DNA of 64,000 nt from an uncultured Actinomycetes bacterium (GCA_963841735.1 CAWJDT010000001.1:1-64000); one strand, 5' to 3'; shown: positions 9,556-21,306, numbered from the stretch's first letter. Program-made: numbers and translations. The notes: generated from the sequence alone by a model not told the origin.

Positions 9556-9978
9556 GTCCTCGTCGCTCAGATCGACTGCACGCTCCTGCTTGAGACGCCC
9601 GCGACGGCGCTTCTCTTCCAGCCGCTTGCGATCGAGTGATTGCGGCACGTTCACCGGCACCCGCTCCGGCGACTCAGTGAGGGCTTCGCGCATCAGCCGA
9701 GCAAACCGCTCGATCGCAGCCTCGCGATTCGCCAGTTGCGAGCGATGGCGCTGTGAGACCACGCGCATCACGCCTTCCCGGTTGACCCTCCCGGCGAGCC
9801 GCTCGCGCACGAGCGCCTTCTGGCGTTCAGACAGACTGGGCGTGCCCGCCACGTCGAACAGCAGAGTCACGCGGGTACTCACCTTGTTGACGTTCTGTCC
9901 ACCCGGCCCACCGCTTCGCGAAGTGGTGTATGTCAGTTCCCCCTCGGGGATCTCCAAGCCTGGCATGATTTGGATCAT
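9553..9978 (-). CDS. arfB: Alternative ribosome rescue peptidyl-tRNA hydrolase ArfB
   Basis: SRSGGPGGQNVNKVST, RSQLANRE, basic C-terminal tail; ATG at 9978. Confidence 0.93.
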   Translation of the reverse strand: MIQIMPGLEIPEGELTYTTSRSGGPGGQNVNKVSTRVTLLFDVAGTPSLSERQKALVRERLAGRVNREGVMRVVSQRHRSQLANREAAIERFARLMREALTESPERVPVNVPQSLDRKRLEEKRRRGRLKQERAVDLSDED

Positions 9979-9992
9979 CGCAAAGCCGCCGC

Positions 9993-10388
9993 TCAGTCCT
10001 GCTCGGGTGTCCTTAGGATGCAGTGACCGGCGATGGCTTCCATGCCCTGAGCTTCGCAGTAGGCAAGAGCTTCGTCGGACTCGGCTCCGGGCTGGAACCA
10101 CACGTACTTGATCCCGGCGGCAGCCGCCTCCTTGACCACATTCTCCCCTTGTTTGGGAGGCACCACGATCAATACCCGCTCCACCCCCTCCGGCAACGAG
10201 CCCAGGTTCGCATAGCAGGTCTCCCCCTCTACTTCGCCGGCCTTCGGGTTCACCGGATACACCTGCTTGCCCCGCCGCTTGAGCTCGCGGAAGGTGATAT
10301 TGCCAAACTTGTCGCGGTCCTCCGACGCGCCCACCACCGCCCAACACTGCCCACGGACGAAGGCGTCGAGACGTTCCTTACTGACCAT
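9993..10388 (-). CDS. CoA-binding protein
   Basis: AVVGASEDRDKFG...VYPVNPK...WFQPGAE...GHC. Confidence 0.9.
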   Translation of the reverse strand: MVSKERLDAFVRGQCWAVVGASEDRDKFGNITFRELKRRGKQVYPVNPKAGEVEGETCYANLGSLPEGVERVLIVVPPKQGENVVKEAAAAGIKYVWFQPGAESDEALAYCEAQGMEAIAGHCILRTPEQD

Positions 10389-11064
10389 CCGCCACCTCCC
10401 CGCTCTCGCTCCTGAGCGAAGCCACAAGCGCGCCGTCCAACTCGCTGATCGATCCAAGCACCACGTCCGCCCGGCCGAGAGCACCTGTTGACGGCGGGAA
10501 CTCGGTATTGGGGATGGCGATGACCGCCAGACCCGCCGCGTAAGCGGCTTGGATGCCATTGGCGGAGTCTTCCACCGCCGCCGCGCTCCGCGGAGACGCG
10601 CCTAGGCGCACACAGGCCTCCAGGTAGACGTCGGGCGACGGCTTCCCTCTCCCCACGTCGTCCGAGGAGAGAACGCACTCGAACAACTCCCGCAATCCGG
10701 CCAGTTCGAGCGCATACTCGATCAACTCAAGGGGCGACGACGAGGCCACTCCCATACGGTACGCCGCCGCCAAACCAGTAACGGCCTCCACCGCTCCGGG
10801 AATGAGCGGCAGCCCGCGAGCGTACTCTTCCCGCAAGGCCCCGATGATGCCGTCGTAGATCTCCTGGTCGGACAGCTGCACCCCATTGTTCTCGCGCATG
10901 GAGACCGCCCACTCCCTGGAGTTCGACCCCATCACCCCACGCTGATCGTGTTCGCCCCAGTGGCCCCCGTGGGTCGCGGCGAAGTCACGGCGCACTCGGT
11001 TCCACAGCTGCTCCGTCTCGATGATGATGCCGTCTAGATCGAAGATGATCGTGTCGATGCTCAT
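10378..11064 (-). CDS. HAD-family phosphatase
   Basis: IIFDLDG, GKPSPDVY, VEDSANG. Confidence 0.92.
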   Translation of the reverse strand: MSIDTIIFDLDGIIIETEQLWNRVRRDFAATHGGHWGEHDQRGVMGSNSREWAVSMRENNGVQLSDQEIYDGIIGALREEYARGLPLIPGAVEAVTGLAAAYRMGVASSSPLELIEYALELAGLRELFECVLSSDDVGRGKPSPDVYLEACVRLGASPRSAAAVEDSANGIQAAYAAGLAVIAIPNTEFPPSTGALGRADVVLGSISELDGALVASLRSESGEVADGQ

Positions 11065-11108
11065 AGCCCGGTAGGTTAGCAGAGTCGAACGAGATACCGA
11101 GGGAGCCG

Positions 11109-14100
11109 CTAGGGCACGAAGAAGCGCGCGGAACTGCCCCCAGGCCCGCCTCGCACCTCCAGTCGCGCCGGGATGACCAGTTTCAGCTCGGGAACGTGCG
11201 AGATGACACCCACCAAGCGACCACTCATCTGCAGTTCCATGAGCGCATCCACGGCGAGTTCGAGAGCGTCGGCGTCGAGAGCTCCAAAGCCTTCATCCAC
11301 GAAGATCGTCTCCAGAGGAACGCCGGCGGAATGCTCTTGCACCGTCTCCGCGAGGCCGAGAGCCAAGGCCAGTGCAGCCAGGAAGCTCTCGCCTCCCGAC
11401 AAGGTCACGGCCGGCCGCGATGTACCCGAAAACTCATCAAAGACCGCAAGGTCCAAGCCGGAGGCACGACCGCGGCTCGCCACCTCACGCAGTCGCTCAA
11501 GCTGATAGCGCCCCTTGCTCATTGCGTACAACTTCCGACTTGCGGCCAGCAGGACTTCGTCTAAGTACACTCCCAGCACCCACCTCTGAAACGAGACCCG
11601 GCTTGGGTTCTGCCCACCGGCGACCTCAGCGAGCACGCCCACCGTTTCGTAGGTGCGGCGCGCGTCGTCCGACGTGTTGTCGATCTCGGTCAGCCTCTCC
11701 TTTATGCCCTCAAGCTTACCGATGAGGTTCTTGGCGTCGGCGTGCCTGGATATGGCCAGCCTCTCCCCCAGCCTCGCCTGCTCGGCGGCGGCGCGGACTT
11801 CCGCAATGTCACCCGGTTCGGGCTGACCCTCCAAGGCAAGTTCGGCCTGCTGCAGCCTCCCTTTCGCCTGATGAAGCGCGTCCCGATAGGTTTCGAGAGA
11901 CTGCTGGAGCGTGATCCGCTCGCTTTCGGGCACCAGACAGCGCCGCCACTCATCCACGTCGGAGAAGCCGTGTTCCCGGAGGGCCGCCAGGTAGTCCTCT
12001 TGGCAGGAGCGCTCGTGCTCGGCCGCCTTGCTTTGCCCGGCGACCGCACTCTCGGCGGCCGCTGCGAGCGCGATCCTGTCCTTCTCAGTCGCCGCCGCCT
12101 GCTCTTGCGCGTCAACAAACGCAGCTTCCAGCCCTCTGCTGTTCTCGCGCCACCGCTCGAGTGCATGCTCCAACGCCCCCGGGGCCCTCAGATCTTCCGG
12201 GATACCGGCGGCCCGTTCATTCAGTCGGGCTTCCGCCCCGGCTAGAGTCTTCTCGGCGATCGCCAGGTTGTCTGCAGCCACCTGCGCGGCGTCGACGGTC
12301 TCAGCCACGGCAGACTTCGCTCCCGCGATCTCCACCTCCAACGAGCTCACGTCCGCCCGACCGGCCAACTGCTCCAACTCGGCCAAAACCGCTGCCACCG
12401 ACCTCTCGGCATCTGCGAGAGAGAGGTCAGCGGACATGCCTGGTTCCTGCAGAATGGCATGCTCCCGCGCGCGGGCCGTCGACAGGACGATCCCCGAACC
12501 ACCACTCGCCTCATGCGCCTGGTCATATACCTCCCGTGCGGAGGCGGCCGCCGACCTGCGTGCTTCCAGCGCGTCGTCCGACACATCGGCGGCAGTGACG
12601 GCCGCAGGCGCAGGGTGCTCCGTGGAACCACAAACCGGACATGGTTCGCCTGTCTTCAAAGCGGCGGCCAAGGCGGCGGCCCGCCCCGACTTCCATCGTG
12701 CCTCGATGTCGGCGAGCTCGGCTTGAGACTCTCGATGCCTGTTCAGCGCCACGGTCTCCACGGTCGCCAGATCTGCCTGGCGGCGCTCCGCCTCCACTAC
12801 GGCTGTGCGGGCCCCGAGTAGGCGCCGGCAACGCTCCGCGCTCTGTTTCGCTCCCTCCAGCCGACCCCTCGCCGTCTCTGCCTGAGCGGCGTCCGCCTTT
12901 CCCGCAACAAGGTCGGTCTCGCGGGCAGCAAGCGCTTCACGAGCCTTCGTCAGGGCCTGCGTCGCCTCGTCGTGTGCGACCTGAGCCGACTGCGCTCGAC
13001 CTGTCGCTTCGTCGTACTCCCCCTTTGCCGAGCGCCACGCCTCGATGACGCCGGCCAAGCCCTCCAAATAGCGCACCCTATCCGAGGCCGCTCGGCGCTC
13101 AACCAGGCGTTCTTGCTCCGCGGCAAGGGCGACGGCCGCGGCCTGCTCGGCATTTCGAGCCTGCAGCAGCCCCTGCTCGCAGGTCGCCAAGGCGACGCGC
13201 GCCTCAGACAAACGCATACCCGCTTCTGAATGCCTGTTTGCGGCAGGTTGAACCTTGTCCGCGCGTCCACCGGTCTTGAGTCTCCGGTCCGCGGCGGCCA
13301 TCTCTTCACCGCGTTGCTCAAAAGTCTCAACCTCAGCACGAGCCTCCCGCACCGCCTGGCGGGCTTGGTCGCCGGCTTCGGCAGCAGCCAGCGCCTCAGA
13401 TGTTCGAGCCGCGGCCATTCCCGACTTATTCACGGCTTCAGCTGCCGCCTCCAACTCCAGTCCAGCTTCCGCGACACGAGCCGCCAGTTCAGCATCGTCG
13501 GCCGCCGCCGCCAGGCCGAGTTGCGCCTCGCGACGCAACTTCAGTTGCTCCATCCGGCTGCGTACCGACTTGGCTCGCTCGCCGAGCAAGACCTCCAACT
13601 CCCTGAACCGCTCGGTCCGAAAGAGCTGGCGAAGGATCTCCTCCCGCTTGTCGGAGCCCGACGACAGCAGTTCGCGGAACCTCCCCTGTGGCAAGACAAC
13701 GACCTGGCGGAACTGCTCACAAGAGAAACCAAGAAGGTCCTTGATCTGGGTCTCTACCTCCCTGATCTTCGTGCTCAGCGGCCTTCCTTCTTCAGCCGCG
13801 GCACAGCCCGTGCGCTCCCAGAGCACCACCTCCGCCGGCTTTGAGACAAGCGCCGCTCCCCGCACGCCCTGGAGCTCTTGAGCCGGACGGCGTTTGATGC
13901 GAAACCTCCTCTCCCCCAGCGAGAAGTCAAAGACTACCTCTGTCGGGAGGCCGGGCGCGGCCTGGTCGGAGCGCATCTGGTCCGCCTGGCGCTCGCCACC
14001 GCTCGTCTCACCGTAGAGCGCGAAGACCATGGCATCGAGGATGGTGGTCTTGCCCGCACCGGTATCCCCATGGATCAGGAACACCCGGTTGGTCCCAAGT

Positions 14101-14171
14101 TCCGCGAAATCCACCACCTCCGGCTCGCGATAGGGCCCGAAGGCCTGCATGACAAGTGTGACCGGCCTCAT
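11109..14171 (-). CDS. sbcC: SbcC (SMC/Rad50-like) nuclease subunit
   Basis: GDTGAGKT, zinc hook CPVCGS, LSGGE, IFVDEGFG. Confidence 0.93.
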   Translation of the reverse strand: MRPVTLVMQAFGPYREPEVVDFAELGTNRVFLIHGDTGAGKTTILDAMVFALYGETSGGERQADQMRSDQAAPGLPTEVVFDFSLGERRFRIKRRPAQELQGVRGAALVSKPAEVVLWERTGCAAAEEGRPLSTKIREVETQIKDLLGFSCEQFRQVVVLPQGRFRELLSSGSDKREEILRQLFRTERFRELEVLLGERAKSVRSRMEQLKLRREAQLGLAAAADDAELAARVAEAGLELEAAAEAVNKSGMAAARTSEALAAAEAGDQARQAVREARAEVETFEQRGEEMAAADRRLKTGGRADKVQPAANRHSEAGMRLSEARVALATCEQGLLQARNAEQAAAVALAAEQERLVERRAASDRVRYLEGLAGVIEAWRSAKGEYDEATGRAQSAQVAHDEATQALTKAREALAARETDLVAGKADAAQAETARGRLEGAKQSAERCRRLLGARTAVVEAERRQADLATVETVALNRHRESQAELADIEARWKSGRAAALAAALKTGEPCPVCGSTEHPAPAAVTAADVSDDALEARRSAAASAREVYDQAHEASGGSGIVLSTARAREHAILQEPGMSADLSLADAERSVAAVLAELEQLAGRADVSSLEVEIAGAKSAVAETVDAAQVAADNLAIAEKTLAGAEARLNERAAGIPEDLRAPGALEHALERWRENSRGLEAAFVDAQEQAAATEKDRIALAAAAESAVAGQSKAAEHERSCQEDYLAALREHGFSDVDEWRRCLVPESERITLQQSLETYRDALHQAKGRLQQAELALEGQPEPGDIAEVRAAAEQARLGERLAISRHADAKNLIGKLEGIKERLTEIDNTSDDARRTYETVGVLAEVAGGQNPSRVSFQRWVLGVYLDEVLLAASRKLYAMSKGRYQLERLREVASRGRASGLDLAVFDEFSGTSRPAVTLSGGESFLAALALALGLAETVQEHSAGVPLETIFVDEGFGALDADALELAVDALMELQMSGRLVGVISHVPELKLVIPARLEVRGGPGGSSARFFVP

Positions 14172-15331
14172 GCCGGCGCCGCCTCGCGCCGCACCCGCTC
14201 GAGTTCGTCGATAGCCGCCGCAAGCTCCGCCGTCTGCGGATCGTTCATGCCCGACCCCTTGACGTCTTCGAAGAATTCTCCGAACAGATCGGCCACTCCA
14301 CGAGTCCGCATGGCGGCGCTGGTGGGGCGCGGGCCGAAGACAGTACCCTCGGAGACCTCCCTCCTGATGGAGAGGATGTTGGGGAACACGGGTCTCAGTT
14401 TGTCCAATGGGCTCAGAACAGGCTCGGAGTCGGTCAGCACGACCTCGATGTAGGCCTCGGCGAAGACCGGATCGACGTGCTCGGCAAGAATCTCCGCGAA
14501 CTTGCCCCGAAGCTGCACCACGTCCCGTCTTATCGGCAGCCGGACTTCTTCGACCGTAGCGGCGCCCGTTTGCCCAAGCTCCACCAGAGTGACCGACTTC
14601 TCGTGAGCCGCCTCGTTGAACGAGTACTTGAGGAGCGATCCCGCGTAGCGTGCGCGACCCGCCGCCACCACCTGCGGCTGGTGCAGATGCCCCAGCGCGA
14701 CGTAGTCAAACTGGTCGAATAGCGAGGCGGACACAGCCCCCGAGCCTCCCACAGTAAGCGGCCGCTCGGACTCGCTCTCGCGGCAACCCGCGACAAATGC
14801 GTGCGCAACCAAGACGTCGCGGGCCCCGCCAGACAGTGAGGGACACAGCACCTCCAACTGAGCCTTGATCACCGCCTCATGCGAGTGGATGTCGTCCCGC
14901 CCCAGTTCGAAGCGGGCGGTCTCCGGATCGGTATAGGCGAGTGGCCAGAAGCGCACGCTTGTCCCGTCGGCCCCCACCACCTCGGCGGCCCGCGGCTGGG
15001 CGCCCACGCGCCCCACTACGTGAACCCCTGCCCGGCGGGCCAGCCCGCTGAAGTATTCCAGCCGGGCCGCACTGTCGTGGTTCCCGGCGATTATCACCAC
15101 GGGGATCTTGAGGTCCAAGGCCAGGGTGGCGACCGTCTCGTCCAGCAGATCCACTGCATCCGTCGGCGGCACGGCCCGATCGAAGATGTCGCCCGCGACA
15201 ACGACAGCGTCGACCTGCCGCTCCTCCGCCATCCGCACAAGACCCTGGAGGGTGAAGCGCTGGTCGTCTGTGAGGTGGATGTTGTGGAATAGGCGGCCAA
15301 GATGCCAGTCGGCCGTGTGAATGAACCGCAT
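14168..15331 (-). CDS. sbcD: SbcD (Mre11-like) nuclease subunit
   Basis: HTADWHLG, AGDIFD, AGNHDS, ALGHLH. Confidence 0.94.
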   Translation of the reverse strand: MRFIHTADWHLGRLFHNIHLTDDQRFTLQGLVRMAEERQVDAVVVAGDIFDRAVPPTDAVDLLDETVATLALDLKIPVVIIAGNHDSAARLEYFSGLARRAGVHVVGRVGAQPRAAEVVGADGTSVRFWPLAYTDPETARFELGRDDIHSHEAVIKAQLEVLCPSLSGGARDVLVAHAFVAGCRESESERPLTVGGSGAVSASLFDQFDYVALGHLHQPQVVAAGRARYAGSLLKYSFNEAAHEKSVTLVELGQTGAATVEEVRLPIRRDVVQLRGKFAEILAEHVDPVFAEAYIEVVLTDSEPVLSPLDKLRPVFPNILSIRREVSEGTVFGPRPTSAAMRTRGVADLFGEFFEDVKGSGMNDPQTAELAAAIDELERVRREAAPA

Positions 15332-15518
15332 GGGCCTCCAGTCGGGCTGTTACCGAACTCAACCAGTATAGAGGCGCATCCGGACAGGAGCGCGACGCGC
15401 ACGGTTTGTACGCGCGCGGAGCGGATGGATGCCGGGTCGGGCGATCGCTTCAGGTAGAGACGCGGGCGCCGCGGCACACCGCGCGCCGGGGCATGCCGCG
15501 CGGTGTTAGAATCACTAG

Positions 15519-17015
<1,497 letters not shown>

Positions 17016-17093
17016 CGACGAGAGGTTCGCGCGCCGGCCATTTCTGCAGGCCAGACCGGCGCGCGAAACGGAAGAAGCGAGAGAAAGGCGACT

Positions 17094-17690
17094 GTGAGGC
17101 AGCAAGGCCGGTGCGACCCCTGCGACACCCCGCTCCCTGACCCTTGGGATGCCGCCATACCCCTATGGCGAAGCTCCCTGGTGGTCCGCCAGGTGTTCGT
17201 GGTGTTGACCATAGCCATCGGGATGGTGTGGCTCTTCATGATCATCCTTACAGCTGCCGAGGGTGACCTCGATGCTGCCACTCTTTGGTCGATCAGCAGG
17301 ATCTTCCTGATCATTTTGGGTGGTCTGCTGCTGGGCGCGTTCCTCGTTATGGCGGTGCTCTATCGACGCTACGAATACCGCTTCACCCTCGACGAGCAGG
17401 GCGTCTTGGCCTCCACCACCGGCCGAACCAGGAAGAAGAATGCGCTGATCAACGCCCTCCTTGTTTTGAGCGGGCGCCCGTCGGCCATGGGAGCGGGGAT
17501 GCTGGCCGGGTCCCGGCAGGACCAGCGCGTGCGCTGGAAGGACGCCACTGCATTCCGGGTAGACACAAGGCGCCGCCAGATCACCCTCAGAAGGGGGCGA
17601 CGCACCCTCATGCTGATCCAGTGCACGGACGAGAACTTGGAGACCGTCCGCCGTGTCTTCGACGAACGGGTGGCGGCTGGGACGCGATAG
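17094..17690 (+). CDS. Hypothetical membrane protein
   Basis: Two N-terminal hydrophobic helices plus a PH-like C-terminus; start uncertain. Confidence 0.65.
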   Translation: MRQQGRCDPCDTPLPDPWDAAIPLWRSSLVVRQVFVVLTIAIGMVWLFMIILTAAEGDLDAATLWSISRIFLIILGGLLLGAFLVMAVLYRRYEYRFTLDEQGVLASTTGRTRKKNALINALLVLSGRPSAMGAGMLAGSRQDQRVRWKDATAFRVDTRRRQITLRRGRRTLMLIQCTDENLETVRRVFDERVAAGTR

Positions 17691-17711
17691 GGGACACCGG
17701 CGCGCCCCACT

Positions 17712-18401
17712 CTAAGACCTAGTCGGGGGCCCTCCCCCGGCAGAACCAACATCACACAGAACGCCGTCCCTCATCTGAAGGATCCTGTGTGTGTCCGCCG
17801 CGATCTCCCGATTGTGCGTTGCGATCAACATGGTCACGCCTTGGGAGTCGCACAAATGAATCAAATAGTCGAGGATCGCCTTCCCCGTCTCGGTATCAAC
17901 ACTTCCCGTGGGCTCATCGGCCAGAATGATCGAGGGGTCATTAACCAGTGCCCTTGCTATTGCCGCCCTCTGTCGCTCCCCACCTGAGACTTTGGTTGGA
18001 AGGAAGTTCATTCGATCGGCGAGCCCCACTTTCACAAGCGTTTCCATCGCCTTCTTGCGCATCGCCGTCTTGGAAATCCCCAGGGAGTACATCGGGAGCT
18101 CCGTGTTTTCCAGGAGGCTCAAGCCGGGGATCAGGTGGTGGAATTGGAAAATGAATCCTACCGTTTTCGCTCTGAATCGGTTGAGAGGCGTGTAGGTACT
18201 GACGCTCCTGCCATCGATCAGAATCTCTCCCGATGTGGGAGTGTCGAGTGTTCCCACTAGATTGAGCAAGGTACTCTTCCCGCACCCGGAAGGACCCATG
18301 ATGGCAATGACTTCTCCCCTCTCGACCTCGAAGGAGACGCCGTTCAATGCCTTCACCAGGCCGCCGTCGTAATGCTTGATCAGATCCCTAACGACGATCA
18401 T
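17712..18401 (-). CDS. ABC transporter ATP-binding protein (LolD/MacB-like)
   Basis: GPSGCGKST, VSGGERQR, ILADEPTG; ATG overlaps the sulfatase stop. Confidence 0.92.
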   Translation of the reverse strand: MIVVRDLIKHYDGGLVKALNGVSFEVERGEVIAIMGPSGCGKSTLLNLVGTLDTPTSGEILIDGRSVSTYTPLNRFRAKTVGFIFQFHHLIPGLSLLENTELPMYSLGISKTAMRKKAMETLVKVGLADRMNFLPTKVSGGERQRAAIARALVNDPSIILADEPTGSVDTETGKAILDYLIHLCDSQGVTMLIATHNREIAADTHRILQMRDGVLCDVGSAGGGPPTRS

Positions 18402-19675
18402 GGCAAACCCGGCAACAGGCATGAGCTGGTCGCAAACCTTTCGAGGATCATCCCTTTCAACTCCCGGCCCATGTCCGGCTCTCCCGTCGCTATGTCGGTG
18501 TCTTCGCCAGGATCTCGGACAAGGTCATACAGCTCACAGCTGCCGGACGGTAGATTAAGAATGAGCTTGTGCCCATTGAGGACCACAGCCATCGACCTCC
18601 CATAAGAGTCGCGGTCGGCGCCGCGAAAAACTGTGCTGACGGCGAACTTGGGTTTGGCCTTTCCGCGCTCACCCAGCATGGCTCCCACCAGGGATTCACC
18701 GTGCATGTGCCGCGGGATCTCGAATCCAAGAAGGTCGAGTATGGTGGGCGCAATATCCACCTGCTCGGCGCTGGTCTTGATCCGTGTTCCCCGCTGACCG
18801 TTTGGCAACCGCACTATGAAAGGGATATGCAGCAGCGGGTTGTACAAGAGAGGTCCGTTGTGGCCTTGATATCCCTTTTCGAACATCTCCCCATGGTCGG
18901 ATGTAACGATGATCATCGAGGTGTCAAAAAGGCCTCTCTCCCTTACCGATTCGAGAAAGCTGCCGAACTTGTGATCGATCTCCAGGATATGCTCGTCATA
19001 GCGACCTCTGAGCATATCGACCGCATGCTGTGAAGCCTCCGGATAGAACCGGTTGCAGTTGGGTCTTTGGCTGCTGATTCCGGCAAAGGCCTTCTTCTCT
19101 TTCACGAAGGCACCCCTGAAGGAATTGGAGGGAACATAGGGCTCGTGGGGCGGATAGACGTGAAGCCACAGAAAAAATGGTTCGCAGGCTGAATCCAGGA
19201 CTTCCAGTGTCTTCCTGAATGTGGAATCAAGGGATGTGGTCACTTTGGATATGCTCCTCGCCCTAAAGCGACCTGCAGTCATCTTGTTCATCCATCCGTG
19301 ACTGACCGTCCCAAGGGAATTGATCCACAGATATCCGGCGCTGAAGCCGATGACCGCCGCGGTCTTGTAACCCTTGCTTATTAGGACGTCATCCAGGTCT
19401 TCGGCTCTACTCCCACTGGTCAGCAGAGCGCTCAGCCTGTCATAGCCGTGCTTCAACGGGTATCTGCCGGTCAGGATGCTGGCAATGCTTGGCAGGCTGG
19501 AGTTGGAATTGGCATGCATATTGTCGAATACGTAGCTCTCATCCGCGAATCTATCGATGAACGGGGTGGTCATCCTCCGGTATCCGTATAGGGACATGTC
19601 CCTTGCCGACAGCGAATCAAAGGTGACAAAGATGATATTGGGCGTGTGGGGCTGCTGAAGACGGGCATCATTCAT
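18398..19675 (-). CDS. Sulfatase/alkaline-phosphatase-superfamily protein (Ser-type)
   Basis: PNIIFVTFDSL, SSLPSIASILTG, PHEPY, TSDHGE, LYDL..DPGE. Confidence 0.88.
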   Translation of the reverse strand: MNDARLQQPHTPNIIFVTFDSLSARDMSLYGYRRMTTPFIDRFADESYVFDNMHANSNSSLPSIASILTGRYPLKHGYDRLSALLTSGSRAEDLDDVLISKGYKTAAVIGFSAGYLWINSLGTVSHGWMNKMTAGRFRARSISKVTTSLDSTFRKTLEVLDSACEPFFLWLHVYPPHEPYVPSNSFRGAFVKEKKAFAGISSQRPNCNRFYPEASQHAVDMLRGRYDEHILEIDHKFGSFLESVRERGLFDTSMIIVTSDHGEMFEKGYQGHNGPLLYNPLLHIPFIVRLPNGQRGTRIKTSAEQVDIAPTILDLLGFEIPRHMHGESLVGAMLGERGKAKPKFAVSTVFRGADRDSYGRSMAVVLNGHKLILNLPSGSCELYDLVRDPGEDTDIATGEPDMGRELKGMILERFATSSCLLPGLP

Positions 19676-20774
19676 GGCGCAACGCCTCCGCCGGCAGGAG
19701 CCTCGTGGATAGAAAGGCGGGGTACAGGGAGCTCAGCACCCCCAAAAGCACGGAAATTCCCATTGAAACAAGAATGATCCGGGATATCCCCGAGACAGAC
19801 GCCCACAGCCAGATGCCCGCGGGATGCACGAATTGAAGGCCCCAGACAAGGGTCAAGCCCATAGCGTTGCCCAAGAGGCCCCCTATGAAGCAGATGATGA
19901 CCGATTCCCACATGATCGTTCGCAGAATCCTGAATCGACTCCAGCCGATCGCCATCAGAATGCCTATCTCTTTTGTCCTCTCCGAGACCGCCATCAGAAG
20001 GGTGTTCATCACAACAACACAACTGCCGATGAGCGCGATGAGAGAAATGGCCCAAGCTGAAGTGTCCACGATCTGTATCAAGGAGATCTGGCCTACAAAG
20101 TCCTCGCTGCGCATTACCGATAGCCCCGGGAAAGCGGCCTCGATTCGATCCGCGGCGTCTTCAACGGATACGCCGGGCTTCAGGCTCACAAACGCCAGGT
20201 TGATGAAACCATCTCTCTTGAGGATGATTTGGGCATCCCCGAGGTCTAGGATGGCAGCGTTATCGAGCATCTTGCTGCCACTCGTGTAGAGCCCCGTGAC
20301 GACATACTCCCCCTTCTCAGACAGAGAGAGTCGGTCGCCCACACGAAACTGAGCCGCCTTGGCAGCGATCTGGCCCAGCAGGATCTCATGCTTTTCTACT
20401 TCCAGCATTCTTCCGTCAAGAACGCCGACCCTCCCCGCAAACGCTTCAACCGGCGCGATACCCATGATCACGAAGTAGGAATTCCAGGGGGTCTTGATCG
20501 CACCGATGACCAATGAGGAAATGCTTTCTATTCCCTCGATATCGGCTAGAGCTTCGTAGTCGGCATACGAGATCTTCGAGCCGAACGGGCTTGAAGCGCC
20601 CTGGGACTGCACCGTAAGGTCTATCTGGTAGCCTTCTATCGTTTGCTGTATCTGGCTACTGAGACCTTCGCTCACAGCGGTCAGCGAAGAAAGAATCATG
20701 ATCCCGACCGCGGCGCCCAAAGCGGTCAAGAGACTCCTCGTCTTTCTGCGGGCGATGTTCCGAAGGGCGATCAT
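19668..20774 (-). CDS. ABC transporter permease (MacB/FtsX family)
   Basis: RKTRSLLT, ERTKEIGILMAIG, PAEALRHE; 4 TM segments. Confidence 0.92.
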   Translation of the reverse strand: MIALRNIARRKTRSLLTALGAAVGIMILSSLTAVSEGLSSQIQQTIEGYQIDLTVQSQGASSPFGSKISYADYEALADIEGIESISSLVIGAIKTPWNSYFVIMGIAPVEAFAGRVGVLDGRMLEVEKHEILLGQIAAKAAQFRVGDRLSLSEKGEYVVTGLYTSGSKMLDNAAILDLGDAQIILKRDGFINLAFVSLKPGVSVEDAADRIEAAFPGLSVMRSEDFVGQISLIQIVDTSAWAISLIALIGSCVVVMNTLLMAVSERTKEIGILMAIGWSRFRILRTIMWESVIICFIGGLLGNAMGLTLVWGLQFVHPAGIWLWASVSGISRIILVSMGISVLLGVLSSLYPAFLSTRLLPAEALRHE

Positions 20775-21028
20775 CCGCGCGTAGCCCCGTAGACCGTCAT
20801 GCGCGCGCCCCCCACTCCCAATCGGTCGTCTTGGACCCGATACAAGATGCGGTAGCCCCCCTGACGCACGCGGTACCGTTCCTCTCCCGTCAACTTCTCA
20901 CAGCCTGCCGGTCGTGGGTCCCCGGATAGCGCTGAGATGCGCTCGAGTATCCGCGCCAGGTCTCCCTTCGGGATCGCACGAAGATCCTTGTGAACTGTCT
21001 CACTGAAGAATATGCTATATGCGGCCAT
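20771..21028 (-). pseudogene. RelE/ParE toxin with its normal C-terminus replaced at a junction (~20821)
   Basis: DPRPAGCEKLTG..YRVRQGGYRILY, then aberrant tail with no VGHR...VYR. Confidence 0.75.
20797..20820 (-). repeat. Minimal stub of the R-M gene 3' end (WEWGARA*)
   Basis: 16-bp identity CGCCCCCCACTCCCAA with 38798-38813; stop codon at the same relative position as in WEWGANR*. Confidence 0.65.
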
Positions 21029-21248
21029 CGGCCTTCAGCCGCTTGACCATCTCCTCGTAGCTGATGAGCGGGTCACTTGCACGAGCCTCGAAGGCCTCGA
21101 GGTCGTCCGCGTCCTCAGCCAGAGAACCGCGGAGCGCATCATTCACCAAGTCCGAGATCGACCGAGTCGTTTCGGCCGACTTGAGCCGAAGAGCACGATG
21201 GATATCGGGGTCGAAGTACACCGTTGCTCTCTTCGTTAGCGTAGCCAT
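21015..21248 (-). CDS. CopG/RHH family antitoxin
   Basis: KRATVYFDPDIHRALRLKS...ISYEEMVKRLKADG. Confidence 0.88.
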   Translation of the reverse strand: MATLTKRATVYFDPDIHRALRLKSAETTRSISDLVNDALRGSLAEDADDLEAFEARASDPLISYEEMVKRLKADGRI

Positions 21249-21278
21249 GGCACACACCTCCTTTTCCGCAGCACCATA

Positions 21279-21306
21279 GCGTCTTGACGTTATGACGTCA
21301 AGACGC
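21279..21306. promoter_or_regulatory. Palindrome GCGTCTTGACGT-N4-ACGTCAAGACGC, likely RHH operator
   Basis: Directly upstream of the CopG antitoxin. Confidence 0.7.

Noticed and set aside
15400-15515. GC-rich hairpins upstream of guaB as a purine riboswitch
   Set aside because: No purine-riboswitch consensus; likely the divergent promoter region (TAGAAT -10)
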